A stretch of DNA of 64,000 nucleotides from Hormiphora californensis (lineage: Eukaryota; Animalia; Ctenophora): contig CM035353.1 of NCBI GenBank assembly GCA_020137815.1, positions 8,184,001-8,248,000 on the forward strand, written 5' to 3'. Both the position numbers and the translations under genes were made by a program. The first letter of the stretch is position 1. Each line of letters opens with the position of its first letter. Under the pieces are notes generated by a model. The model did no database searches. It was not told the origin of the DNA and saw nothing but the letters and a program-made list of their open reading frames with translations. Shown piece by piece: positions 33,819 through 46,227 of the stretch.

Positions 33819-35594
33819 TTACGTTAAAAGTTCAACTTCGTGCATATTGATGGGCACGATCTTCCTCCTGTTCCCTCTGAGGGCGATCAGACAGGCCCTC
33901 AAAAGTCCGAATCTCAGCCTTGTTCTGAAGTGGCTGATAACTTCTGCATAGGGTTCCTTGGTCTTGTCTGAAACCCTCTTCGATAACTTCTTGAGGAATT
34001 TCTCAAACTCATCTCCCATGCCGCCAAAGGTGCTCATGACGAGAGGGGTGAATGTTCCTCCCTCTACCTCTCTGACCCTTTGCCCGTACGCTTGCTTCTT
34101 CCCTGCTTCTTTCGATCTGTAGAGGCTGCCCATCGATTGAGTTACGTAAGATGGGGCGTTTGGATGGAAGACCCTTACATCAAGATAACTCAACTGCATA
34201 TCCCTCCAGAGTCCAGTACATACCACGTCCATTCTGGCATCCGGTTGTGTGTTGGCAGCAAAATGGAGTTGATGGTTGTTACATGGTTGTAGTAGTTTCT
34301 CTTTCTCCACTGCTTTCAATCCACCATAGACACACATTTCCGCAACCAGATCTCGTATTCCATCATGGCGGAGGATTGAATATCCTCCTGTACAGCACGT
34401 CAGAGTATGATCTCCACTGTTCTGTTTGCCACAGACACATGTAGATTTCAAGTCCTTCACTTCGAAGCCGTACCGGAGGCAAACTGCATCCACAAACTCC
34501 AATTGGTGAAGCTCAAAGTTCAGGTGGGAGTAAGGGGTAGCGGACAACCATACAGATGCTCCAGGTTCTTGATTGAGTTCCAGACACCTTAGCAACTTTG
34601 GACAACTGATATTTTTCTTTAATTTGGACAGTTCCGCCATGCTATGGTCGCTGTTTTCCTTGGTGATCTCAATACGAGCTTCCTTGGCCTGCTCTTCAAC
34701 TTTGGACATTCCACCGTTACCTTCAATCGGGTCAATAATAGTATCGACTAAGGGTTTTGTGAGTTTACGAGAGTTTGTGTATGCCCTGTCGCTTGTCTGT
34801 GTAGGATTGTCCAGGCCCATACCACCTATGTTGGCCGGTAATGCTAGGATGTTTCTCTCAATGTCCGATACTTGACGTCCAACAAAGCAGGGAATCAATT
34901 CAGATCTTATCAGGTTCTCAAGGGGCTGAAACAAGTCGGATATCCCATAGATCGTTCTCTGCATATAACACCACTTAAACTTGAAGCTCCTTATGAAGTT
35001 GCAATATGCTAGGTGGGGATGGGCCTTGGCAATGTTGACCAGATTCATTAGCTCAGCACACCACCTCGAGACCGCTTCAGAGACATATGATTCCCTGAAG
35101 GCAGTGGAACCAATCGAAGCCCCGAGATGACGAGCGCCTTCGGTGGTAATCCGGATACCAGTATCACCAAATAGTCTCTCTGCTGATTCGTGATACTGTG
35201 GCTTAACAATAAGAACACACTTGGAGGGGTTTACAAAGTATCCAAAATGTGGACCAAATGACGTCACTTTGTCGTACCACGATAGCAGTCCACCCAATGT
35301 TCCAGCCGCATTTCCATCATCTGCATACCAGATTTGGGTGATGTCAGAGCTCTCAACCATTTCGATCAATCTCAGGATTCCAATGGAATAAAAATCCATA
35401 GCCGAGGGGTCACCCTGGGTGGTTCCTTCTGCACTGAGAAGGGTATGCTCACCGGCAAACAACTTCCGGGATTTGCCATAGATGTTGGTGAGAAAGATGC
35501 TCAAATCAGGGCAGTAAAAAGTCGTACTGTTCAGTGCCATCTTCCTGTTTAGGTTGTTGAACGCATTTTCTGCATCAAGCTGAGAGGGCATCAT
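33819..35594 (-). CDS. Reverse transcriptase (5'-truncated), CCHC knuckle and restriction-like endonuclease
   Basis: RT motifs DAENAFN, GTTQGDP, YADD and RHLG. Then CVCG..HTLTC, RHD, ARMD..LDVRV, KKQAY and FTPLVMSTFGG. Confidence 0.9.
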   Translation of the reverse strand: MMPSQLDAENAFNNLNRKMALNSTTFYCPDLSIFLTNIYGKSRKLFAGEHTLLSAEGTTQGDPSAMDFYSIGILRLIEMVESSDITQIWYADDGNAAGTLGGLLSWYDKVTSFGPHFGYFVNPSKCVLIVKPQYHESAERLFGDTGIRITTEGARHLGASIGSTAFRESYVSEAVSRWCAELMNLVNIAKAHPHLAYCNFIRSFKFKWCYMQRTIYGISDLFQPLENLIRSELIPCFVGRQVSDIERNILALPANIGGMGLDNPTQTSDRAYTNSRKLTKPLVDTIIDPIEGNGGMSKVEEQAKEARIEITKENSDHSMAELSKLKKNISCPKLLRCLELNQEPGASVWLSATPYSHLNFELHQLEFVDAVCLRYGFEVKDLKSTCVCGKQNSGDHTLTCCTGGYSILRHDGIRDLVAEMCVYGGLKAVEKEKLLQPCNNHQLHFAANTQPDARMDVVCTGLWRDMQLSYLDVRVFHPNAPSYVTQSMGSLYRSKEAGKKQAYGQRVREVEGGTFTPLVMSTFGGMGDEFEKFLKKLSKRVSDKTKEPYAEVISHFRTRLRFGLLRACLIALRGNRRKIVPINMHEVELLT

Positions 35595-35613
35595 GAAAAA
35601 AGATCTGAAAATT

Positions 35614-37273
35614 TGAGTAACATTTTTATTTAGGATTCAGAAATGCATGCGCGCGGCGTAACGATACGTGCCAACGCGATAAAGTTTAAACTTCGCTGCA
35701 ATTTAGGGGCGCGCGTTATTGAAATAAAGTGAAAATTTCTCACGTCCAAATTTTTGAAGTTTTCTGTTTGTTCCTTTTTTCTTCTTTTTCTTCTTTTAAA
35801 GTCGAATTTTTTATTTAAGCGACAGGCCGCCGCGCATTCAAAGAAGTTGCGCGGCGTTGTATTTGCGCGTGACAATTCGAGAAACCTTTTCGCTCATATC
35901 TCCAGTTCCTGATAAGATAAAGAATTGATCTTGGTCGCGTTGGAAAGGTTTTGAAATTATCTTTCCAACGCTTCCGGGTTCAAGTCTTAAGATTGCCAGG
36001 AACTCGATCTCGATTATCACGCGCAAATACAACGCCGCGCGACCTCTTTGAATGCGCGGCGGCCTGTCGCTTAAATAAAAAATTCGACTATATCCTTGAA
36101 AAGCGTTGAAAAGCGCTGCCTTATCCCGCGCTGCGGGGGCCAGCAACGTTTGCCAATGAAAAGCGCTGTAACGAGAGTAACAGAAGAAACGGATTATAAT
36201 TTATTATACATGACGAGGTTTAAGGGCGACGTTAAAATCTGGGTGCCTTGTCACGCGCAAAACCAGAATTTACGCCGCGCGACCGCGCGCGCCGTTTTTT
36301 CGATTTCAGAAAATCACAGCTCAAAAGGGATCCCTAAAAAAGTTCAGTATTTACTGTCGGATTTTTTGAAACTGTCACCCCCCTGAAATAACAAATTTGT
36401 CATATCTCCGGTTCCTGATAAGATAGAGACTTGAAATTTGGAGGTTCGGAAGAACTTAGCAAGATCTTTATAACCTCCAAATTTCAAGTCTCTATCTCAT
36501 CAGGAACCGGACTTATGGTCATTTAAAGAAATTTGAAAACTCAGGGGGGTGACAGTTTCAAAAAATCCGACTTTACACAGAGTTTAAAAAGTCTTTACAC
36601 AGTCATTACACCCAGAGCGGCGCGTGCTGCGTTTTGCGGCTTTTTCTAAGAAAATATTGGATTGTGTGCTGCACAATTGAGTAAATTGAGCGCTGCGGCG
36701 AAAAAAGTTTCCGAAAACGCTGCAAATCGAGTGCGAAAGACGCAGTCATTACACCCAGAGCGGCGCGGGCGCTCTGGGTGTAATGACTGTGTAAAGACTG
36801 TGTAAACTCTGTGTAAATACTGAACTTTTTTAGGGATCCCTAAAGATTTTGACTTTTTGAAACTTTTTTTTCCAAAAGTTCACAAAGTGAGAAAAGAAAG
36901 TAAAAAGTGAAAAAACCTGTTGAAATGCCGACAAGAGGCCTTCAGAGTTACAATCAAGTAAAGTCTGATTTTAAATAACTGTCGTTTTTACCGCACTCGA
37001 TTTTGCTCTACTATTACAATAACTCCGGTTCCTGATGAGATAAAGACTTGAAACTTGGGGGTTGCGAAGAACATGCTAAGTTCTTCCTAACCTCCAAATT
37101 TCAAGTCTTATGTACAGATAACCTTGATTTCTATATCCATTTTACTAATTGAACCGGTACCCCGGCTTTTGCAAAAAAAAATTTCAAGTCTCTATCTTAT
37201 CAGGAACTGGAGATATTGTCATAATAGAGCAAAATCGAGTGCGGTAAAAACGACAGTTATTTAAAATCAGACT
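35614..37273. mobile_element. Non-autonomous DNA element(s) built of nested inverted-repeat modules; apparent host of the CRE insertion
   Basis: Inverted pairs at 36327/36840, 36357-36385/36541-36571 and 36962-37010/37225-37273. Repeated CCTGATAAGATAGAGACTTGAAATTT modules. Confidence 0.6.
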
Positions 37274-37509
37274 ATACGATAACGATGGTTGCTGATGGGT
37301 TAAAAAGAAATGTGGTTTGAATGTGATTCAAATGTATCTTCAAATGAATTAATTTGAGAGCTTTTTAGTTTCAAACTTTCATCAACTACAACGTAAAACT
37401 ATTTATTGAGCAGGAAGATGAATCCGATGTAACAGCCCCGAAGGGCAGAAAAACGAAACGTTGATAATGTCGGAAGCGAAGTACGAGGGCGATAACCCCA
37501 TGATAAAAC

Positions 37510-40500
37510 GATTAGAAGAGACGGTGGATGACAGTTCGAATGCCTTGAGGTTCTCCTTAAAGAACCCACTAATACCCGAATAGTCGTTCTGTACCGTCCT
37601 GGCACTTCAGGCCAGTTTACAGCATTTCTCGACGAGCTAGAGGACCTATTACTAAAATTAGCAGAGAGAAAAGAGCGCTGTCTAATATGTGGTGACTTCA
37701 ATATACACGTCGAGAACAATCTGGATCCCAAAGCTCGGAAATTCAATGAACTTTTGAATCAGTTTGGCTGGAAAAATAATGTAACTGATCCGACCCACAT
37801 CCAAGGAGGTATACTTGATCTTATCCTTACCCAAGACAAGCATATTGTCCCGCTTTCTGACCCCATGAGTGCCCCGTTCACCAGCAAACTTGATGAAGAA
37901 AATATCCCAAATTTGTTCGATGGTATGCCAGATGGTATTGAAATAACCAAGACTGAGTCCTATCCTGTGCCTCCTGCTCCTGACCATTACCTAGTAAAAT
38001 GTTTGGCCGGTATACCGCTAAAAAGAAAAGAGGATGAAGTAATAATGAAATGCAGAAATTTCAAGGGAGTTGAACCAGAAGATCTTCGAGAGGTTATTCG
38101 ACTCTCCAAACTTGCTGAACCGCTACCAACAAACCAAGAAGAGTGTGTTCGGTTGTACAACACAACTCTTCAGTCAATCACAGATAAAATTGCACCGGAA
38201 GAAGAAAAGAGGATCAAGAACCCAGACCAACCCCAATGGATAAGAACACCTGCCTGTAAAAATGCACGTCGGATACGCAGAGGAGCCGAGCGACGCTGGA
38301 AACGTGCTCGTCTAAAGAAGACAAATCCAAAACAGCTTGCTCCGAAATACCACTGTTGGAAAAGTACTAGCAAATTTGCATCCAAAGTTCTTCGTAATGC
38401 CAGAGCCACTTTTGTCAGCAACAAACTGGATCGAGTGAAAGGTGACCCAAAATCGACACACAGAGTGATCAATAGCCTGCTTGGAAAGGAAAAGATACCT
38501 TCGACGCTACCATCAAAAAAGGAAACCACACCACTAACGACCAGATTCAACGAGTTCTTTAAAACAAAGGTATCGAAAATATACTCTGTGATTGAATCTG
38601 AAAATGTCCCAACTCCAAAAAAGCAGCCTACACCAAAAACCTGCTTATCAACATTCTCTAAATTCAGACCAGTGACTGGCGAGGAGCTGCATAGAACTAT
38701 CCGCGATATGAACAAGAAGCATTGTTCTCTGGATCCAATGCCATCAAGTATGGTTAATGATGCACTTCCTGAGCTCACACCTGTTCTGCTAAGGATTGTT
38801 AATGACAGCCTCACGAAGGGTATATTTCCAACAGTCTTCAAAGAAGCTATAATTCGACCTTCATTTAAAGGCAAGGACCTGGATTCTGAAGAGCTTAACA
38901 GCTACAGACCGATAAGCAACCTCAGCTTTGTGTCAAAAGTTGTTGAAAAATGTGCATCTATACAGCTGACTGAATACCTGGAAATAAATAAGCTCTTGCC
39001 TACTAAACAATCCGCCTACCGTAAGTACCACTCCTGTGAAACAGCGACACTGAAGATCTTTAACGATATCCTGCTCCTCGTGGACAACAAATCAAAGGTC
39101 GTTCTTCTGTTATTAGATTTAAGGGTACACCTCGGCAAAATTTTTGTCGAGTGCCCGCTTAGCTCTCCATATGGGGTTGTAGGGCATACCAAGCCGACCT
39201 CAAATATGCAATATTAGCCCTTAACTCGAATTCATATTTTTGCTACAGCCCCTCAAAGTTTGACCCTAAAACCCGGTTTTTAAGGTCCCTAAATTTTATT
39301 TTTAGGGCTAGAAAGCTGAAAATTTAGGGATTCATAGAGGATACCAAAGTGTATAGCTCAAACAGAATTTTTTTGAAATGGAGCTCAATTTTTTGTCTGA
39401 GACTATCTTACTTTTTTTGACTTTGAGGCCATATTTGGACATGTTCCTATGGACCGTTAAGGCTAAAAATTGGATATTTGGTGCTCCTAACAATTGTCAA
39501 AATAGCCACAAATTTTCAGGAGGTCCGAATTTGAAATGTGGCCTACATGTTTCTTTTTGTAAATCACATATTTTAGGAAAACTTAAAATGGCTATATCTC
39601 AAAAACGGTAGGTCCTAGCGATCTAATTTCGTGCTAAATCGATTCAGCGGGTCCGATTTTAGGGGGGTCGTCTGTTAGACATTTTGCTCTAAGTCCAACC
39701 GTTTTTTCATAAATCGCATTTTAATGTTTGTACATGTTTAGCAGAAATGCTTCTAGCTAGAGCTAATCTTACCTATTTCAGCTAAACATGTACAAACATT
39801 AAAATGCGATTTATGAAAAAACGGTTGGACTTAGAGCAAAATGTCTAACAGACGACCCCCCTAAAATCGGACCCGCTGAATCGATTTAGCACGAAATTAG
39901 ATCGCTATGACCTACCGTTTTTGAGATATAGCCATTTTAAGTTTTCCTAAAATATGTGATTTACAAAAAGAAACATGTAGGCCACATTTCAAATTCGGAC
40001 CTCCTGAAAATTTGTGGCTACTTTGACAATTGTTAGGAGCACCAAATATCCAATTTTTAGCCTTAACGGTCCATAGGAACATGTCCAAATATGGCCTCAA
40101 AGTCAAAAAAAGTAAAATAGTCTCAGACAAAAAATTGAGCTCCATTTCAAAAAATTTCTGTTTGAGCTATACACTTTGGTATCCTCTATGAATCCCTAAA
40201 TTTTCAGCTTTCTAGCCCTAAAAATAAAATTTAGGGATCTTAAAAACCGGTTTTTAGGGTCAAACTTTGAGGGGCTGTAGCAAAAATATGAATTCGAGTT
40301 AAGGGCTAATATTGCATATTTGAGGTCGGCTTCGTATGCCCTACAACCCCATATGGAGAGCTAAGCGGGCACTCGACAAAAATTTTGCCGAGGTGTACCC
40401 TTAAGTGCAGCGTTTGATACTGTTAAGCACTCCACTCTATTGGATAAGCTATATACTCACTTTGGCATCAAGAACACTGCCTTGGAATGGTTTAAATCTT

Positions 40501-42316
40501 ATCTAAGTGGCAGAACAACTTCTGTTTGTATTGGAGACGAGATATCTCCTTCGATTGGTATAGAGATAGGAGTCCCTCAGGGATCAATCTTGGGTCCCAT
40601 TCTATTTATTATGTATACTCGTGAAATTCAAGATATTGCAGGCATCTATGGACTACAGGTACATATGTATGCAGATGATACACAATTGTATATCAGTTTT
40701 GATCCGGCTAATGAAAACATCATTTTCGAGAAGATCCAAGACTGCCTTTTACACATCAAATGGTGGATGAAAATGAACTACCTGAAGCTAAATGCAAGCA
40801 AAACTGAAGTGGTCATGATCAACAATAAAGCAGACAAGACGCCTAACCCCTCAAAGATCTTCCTACAAAAAGGTGAAGATAAATCAACCGAACCATCCTC
40901 AGAAGCCCGAAATCTAGGTGTTTGGTTTGACCAAACCCTATCGATGTCATCTCATGTGTCACGAATTATCCAGTCCTGCTGGAGTCAACTTGCAAACCTA
41001 TGGAGGATTAGAAAAGGACTCTCTGTGGAGCTAAAGACTCAGCTTGTACATTCGCTTGTGCACTCCAGGCTTGATTTTGGAAACGGACTACTTGTAGGAG
41101 TCTCAAAACGTGATTTACAACGACTACAAAAAGTGCAAAACAGTGCCACTAGATTTATCTATGGATTAAAAGGGAGGAGAGGAGTCACTGAACTGAGGAG
41201 GAAACTTCATTTTCTACCGGTTGAGCAAAGAATTGAATTCAAGATTTGCCTCTTAGTATACAAATGTGTTAATGGTCTCGCACCCGATTATCTCTCCGAT
41301 ATGATCAAACGGAGACAGAAAAAGACGAGAAATGTACGTCTCGATGAGGACCCCACCCTATTAGAAAAGCGCCATGACACAAAATATCTCACCACTCAGA
41401 AAGCTTTCAGTGTATGTGGCCCTAAGCTTTGGAACAATCTACCCAAAAGCCTAAGAGAAGTATCATCTCTCGAAAATTTCAAGAAAATGCTAAAGTCTCA
41501 TCTTTTTACTATCGCTTATCCGAACTGTGGAGCAGCAACTCAACCACGCAGGAACAAGGTCAAGATTCTGAACCCCTCATGTCCATAACGCGTTCTTACT
41601 CAGGGACCCTGAACCCCGAGTCGACTTAAATTAAGCTAAAATACAAGGCAAGACAAGACCCTAAAGACAAGGCAAGGCAAGACCCTAAAGACAAGATCAC
41701 AATCACATCATTTCATCTTTTTATACTGTAACTTATTCTAACTTATCCTCTCCAGTTTCCAATAACAATTATCTTTTTAATCAACTAATTTGATATTTTT
41801 AATCACATAATTAACTTATTATTCTTACCAATTACTCTGTATATAATCTCAATCTGACTCATGCTACCCGGCTGTTATCATCTATTTCACTGTATTCACC
41901 GATCATTATATCCTCAACTACTAACTGCTTCTTCACCCATCTCGCCGTATTTACATGCAGGCTTCTCACTTTCCCTCACTTTTGACTAATTATTATTTCC
42001 TAGTTTCTTATTTTGTTTAATAATCAACAAAAACAATAATACTTATTATATTACCACTTAATACTTATATCTACACTATTAACTTTGATCAAATATTCTT
42101 TTCTTTCTTTCTTTCTTTTTTATCTTTTCAAACATGGCATCTCTTTGGCATTTCTCTGGCTCTGAAAAGGCCGCTATAGACGCGGTGCTAGTCTTTACGA
42201 TAATCTCGGTGTTCTAGGAGTTAGTCTTTTAGTTCAAGAATAAACGGGTAGTGGACTATCATATTTAACGCATAATAGCGGGATATAAATACTCTATATT
42301 ATTATTATTATTATTA
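37510..42316 (+). mobile_element. 5'-truncated L2/CR1-group LINE (APE endonuclease and RT), interrupted at 39123-40400
   Basis: APE motifs VLYRP, ICGDFNIH and PTHIQGGILDLI. RT motifs SYRPISNL, QSAYR, GVPQGSILGP and YADD. Removing the insert and one TTAA restores LDLSAAFDTV. Stop at 41588, 3' UTR and (ATT)n tail at ~42298-42316. 5' boundary approximate. Confidence 0.92.
39123..40400. mobile_element. 1278-bp palindromic non-autonomous transposon, TTAA TSD, GG...CC termini (Kolobok-like)
   Basis: TTAA|GGGTACACCTCGGCAAAA ... TTTTGCCGAGGTGTACCC|TTAA. Arms of ~620 bp are nearly identical, spacer ~38 bp. Purine-first termini fit Kolobok better than piggyBac. Confidence 0.9.
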
Positions 42317-43362
42317 CTTTGTTTCTGAAGTTTACCTGTTGAATTCGGACAACACGACGAGCATCACACCAGATGAGTTTACTCAATGTTATAGATCGAT
42401 TCAAGCTGCACCCGATGCAATGTTAACCAACGACAGCTTAGCTTCGCCTGGCAAGCACTGGGGTTCGTACTTTAGACATTGTCTCAAGGACCGAACTACG
42501 AGTGAAATAATCGAGGCTACTTCGCGTGTTTTTCTCTCCAGTATGAAACTTGCCCGAGCAACAATGAACAATTTTGAAACGGTTATCAGTGTGGAAAACC
42601 TCGAGAAACAGCTGCGTGAATGTAAAGAAGAACTTGATCGCCATCGGGTTAACGTAATCGAGCTTCAGCAAACGGTAATCAACCACCAGAAGCAACAACT
42701 CAGTACAGTGACAGCATCGGTGCAGAAGGTGAAAGCCTACTCTACTGTGCTAGCACAGAATTGTGCTGCAACCTCCCCCAAAGTGGGAAAACCACTACCA
42801 GTGAATCATCCTACTCCCGTCCAACAGCCCGGAAGAGAGAAGAACATGGTTGTGTTTGGTCTCCCAGAAACAACCGATAGAGTAGCTAAAACTACTTTAG
42901 ACGAACTTTTTGAGGAATTAAATGAGAAACCGAAAGTGACTACGATGAAACGCATCGGCGAAAGAAATGAGAAGCGCCCTAGACCGCTCTTAGTATCCCT
43001 GGAGAAGAGAGCGACTCTCCTCGCACTCCTCAGAAAGGCACGAAACCTCAAAGACTCCGAACAGTTTTCGGCTGTTTATCTCTCTCCGGATCTTACGCCC
43101 TCTGAACTGAAAGAGCAAAAAGCTCTAAGGTCCACTTTGAAGCGGATACGATCAGAAGATCCTGACGGCTGCTACTTCATCCGTAATAATCTTATCCAAG
43201 TGGGATAGTTCCCCACTAACTCACCGTTATCAGAGAACCGTGCTAGGAGCAGGCAGTCTACTGCAGTCCCTTTCAAATTAAGGAAAACGAGTTGTCTGTA
43301 TACAAACTGTGTCAGTGCGGGATATAAACTGTCATTTTTATTATTTATTATTATTATTATAT
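42317..43362 (+). mobile_element. ORF1-only LINE derivative (ORF 42339-43208) with (ATT)n tail
   Basis: Coiled coil followed by REKNMVVFGLPE, RIG..RPRPLLV and VYLSPDLT, motifs typical of CR1/L2/Jockey-group ORF1. No ORF2. Tail at ~43338-43362. Confidence 0.75.
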
Positions 43363-43392
43363 ATTCAAACTCCGATATCTTGAGTTCTTAAT

Positions 43393-46227
43393 CAGGGTGT
43401 GAACTGCATGTCGTGTTTGCTAGTCGCGAGCGCGCTTGCGAGACAAGCAAACACGTCAAGGTTCATTAACAAGCATGCTGCTCAGTCATTTTAGATTTAA
43501 TACACAATGTAAGGATACCATGTAATAGGTGAGACTCTTGCCGTCACCCTCGTTCAAGTCCCGTGAAAAACGGAGCAGTACACGCAAACTGATGCCCATT
43601 TTCCTCGCGTGACCCCGATTCAGCAGTTTGAGACACCAACTCTTTAGGGGGCCATATCTCAGGAACCAGACAAGATAGGAAAAATCGCCGTCTAACGAGG
43701 CGTACAGTTTTTAATCTAGTTTACCACTGTACCGGCCGTTTCACTCTCCAACCTAAAACAAAAATCGCAACCCCACAAAACTTCAAAATAATGAAATTCG
43801 CATCTCGCATGTCGTGTTGCATGTCGTGTTGCATGTCGTGTCATGTTTTTGACGCGCTCGCGTTCAACTCTCACACAGCAGCTGCAGAACATGGCTGGAA
43901 ACATCGAGGAGTAGAGAGAGGGTCGGTGCCGAATCAAATATTTCTTGATCTTGATCTACTCCATCTCTCAGCTATCCTACCACTCATCAACTCGATCTCT
44001 CAGCTACCCTACCCCTCATCTACTCCATCTTTCAGCTACCCTACCCCTCATCTACTCCATCTTTCAGCTACCCTACCCCTTATCTAGTCCATCTCTCAGC
44101 TACCCTACTCCTCATCTACTCCATCTCTCAGCTTCCCTATTAGGGAAGCATAGAGATGGAAACGATTAGGGGTAGGGAATCCCTATCCATAATCGTTTCC
44201 ATCTCTATGCTTCCCTAGCCCTCATCAACTCCATCTTTCAGCTACCCTACCCCTAATCTAGTCCATCTCTCCGCTACCCTACTCCTCATCTACTCCATCT
44301 CTCAGCTACCCTACCTCCCATTTACTCCATCTCTCAGCTACCCTACCTCCCATTTACTCCATATCTCAGCTTCCCTACCTGCCATTTACTCCATCTCTCA
44401 GATACCCTACCTCCCATTTACTCCATCTCTCAGCTTCCCTACCTCCCATTCACTCCATCTCTCAGCTTCCCTACCTCCCATTTACTCCATCCCTCAGCTT
44501 CCCTACCTGCCATTTACTCCATCTCTCAGATACCCTACCTCCCATTTACTCCATCTCTCAGCTTACCTACCTCCCATTTACTCCATCTCTCAGCTTCCCT
44601 ACCTCCCATTCACTCCATCTCTCAGCTTCCCTACCTCCCATTTACTCCATCCCTCAGCTTCCCTACCTCCCATTTACTCCATCTCTCAGCTTCCCTACCT
44701 CCCATTTGATCTATCTCTCAGCTTCCCTACCTCCCATTTACTCCATCTCTCAGCTACCCTACCTCCCATTTACTCCATTTCTCAGCTTCCCTACCTCTCA
44801 TTTACTCCATCTCTCAGCTACCCTACCTCTCATTTACTCCATCTCTCAGCTACCCTACCTAGCTGAGAGATGGTGTAAATGGGAGGTAGGGAAGCTGAGA
44901 GATGGAGTAAATGGGAGGTAGGGAAGGTAAGCGATGGAGTAAATGGGAGGTAGGGAAGCTGAGAGATGGAGTAAATGGGAGGTAGGGAAGCTGAGAGATG
45001 AAGTAAATGGGAGGTAGGCCGTAGGGTAGCTGAGAGATGGAGTGAATGGGAGGTAGGGTAGCTGAGAGATGGAGTAAATGGGAGGTAGGGAAGCTGAGAG
45101 ATGGAGTGAATGGGAGGTAGGGAAGCTGAGGGATGGAGTAAATGGGAGGTAGGTAAGCTGAGAGATGGAGTAAATGGGAGGTAGGGTATCTGAGAGATGG
45201 AGTAAATGGCAGGTAGGGAAGCTGAGATATGGAGTAAATGGGAGGTAGGTAAGCTGAGAGAAGGAGTAAATGGGAGGTAGGGAAGCTGAGAGATGGAGTA
45301 AATGGGAGGTAGGGTAGCTGAGAGATGGAGTAGATGAGAGTAGGGTAGCGGAGAGATGGACTAGATTAGGGGTAGGGTAGCTGAAAGATGGAGTTGATGA
45401 GGGCTAGGGAAGCATAGAGATGGAAACGATTATTGATAGGGATTCCCTACCCCTAATCGTTTCCATCTCTATGCTTCCCTAATAGGGAAGCTGAGAGATG
45501 GAGTAGATGAGGAGTAGGGTAGCTGAGAGATGGACTAGATGAGGGGTAGGGTAGCTGAAAGATGGAGTAGATGAGGGGTAGGGTAGCTGAAAGATGGAGT
45601 AGATGAGGGGTAGGGTAGCTGAGAGATCGAGTTGATGAGGGGTAGGATAGCTGAGAGATGGAGTAGATCAAGATCAAGAAATATTTGATTCGGCACCGAC
45701 CCTCTCTCTACTCCTCGATGTTTCCCGCCATGTTCTGCAGCTGCTGTGTGAGAGTTGAACGCGAGCGCGTCAATAACATGACACGACATGCAACGACATG
45801 CAACACGACATGCGAGATGCGAATTTCATTATTTTGAAGTTTTGTGGGGTTGCGATTTTTGTTTTAGGTCGGAGAGTGAAACGGCCGGTACAGTGGTAAA
45901 CTAGATTAAAAACTGTACGCCTCGTTAGACGGCGATTTTTCCTATCTTGTCTGGTTCCTGAGATATGGCCCCCTAAAGAGTTGGTGTCTCAAACTGCTGA
46001 ATCGGGGTCACGCGAGGAAAATGGGCATCAGTTTGCGTGTACTGCTCCGTTTTTCACGGGACTTGAACGAGGGTGACGGCAAGAGTCTCACCTATTACAT
46101 GGTATCCTTACATTGTGTATTAAATCTAAAATGACTGAGCAGCATGCTTGTTAATGAACCTTGACGTGTTTGCTTGTCTCGCAAGCGCGCTCGCGACTAG
46201 CAAACACGACATGCAGTTCACACCCTG
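43393..46227. mobile_element. 2.8-kb foldback element with CAGGG termini, TTAAT duplication and internal ~32-bp minisatellite arms
   Basis: CAGGGTGTGAACTGCATGTCGTGTTTGCTAG ... CTAGCAAACACGACATGCAGTTCACACCCTG. TTAAT at 43388-43392 and 46228-46232. The repeat CTCAGCTTCCCTACCTCCCATTTACTCCATCT switches strand at ~44860. Confidence 0.9.

Larger units (their letters stand above)
32829..35596 (-). mobile_element. 5'-truncated CRE-like (RLE-type) non-LTR retrotransposon with two ORFs, flanked by a 17-bp TSD
   Basis: AAAAAGATCTGAAAATT occurs at 32812-32828 and 35597-35613 and encloses both ORFs listed below. Confidence 0.85.

Noticed and set aside
39378-40145. Twin 77-aa ORFs on opposite strands
   Set aside because: Mirror images produced by the palindromic element, with no recognisable domain.
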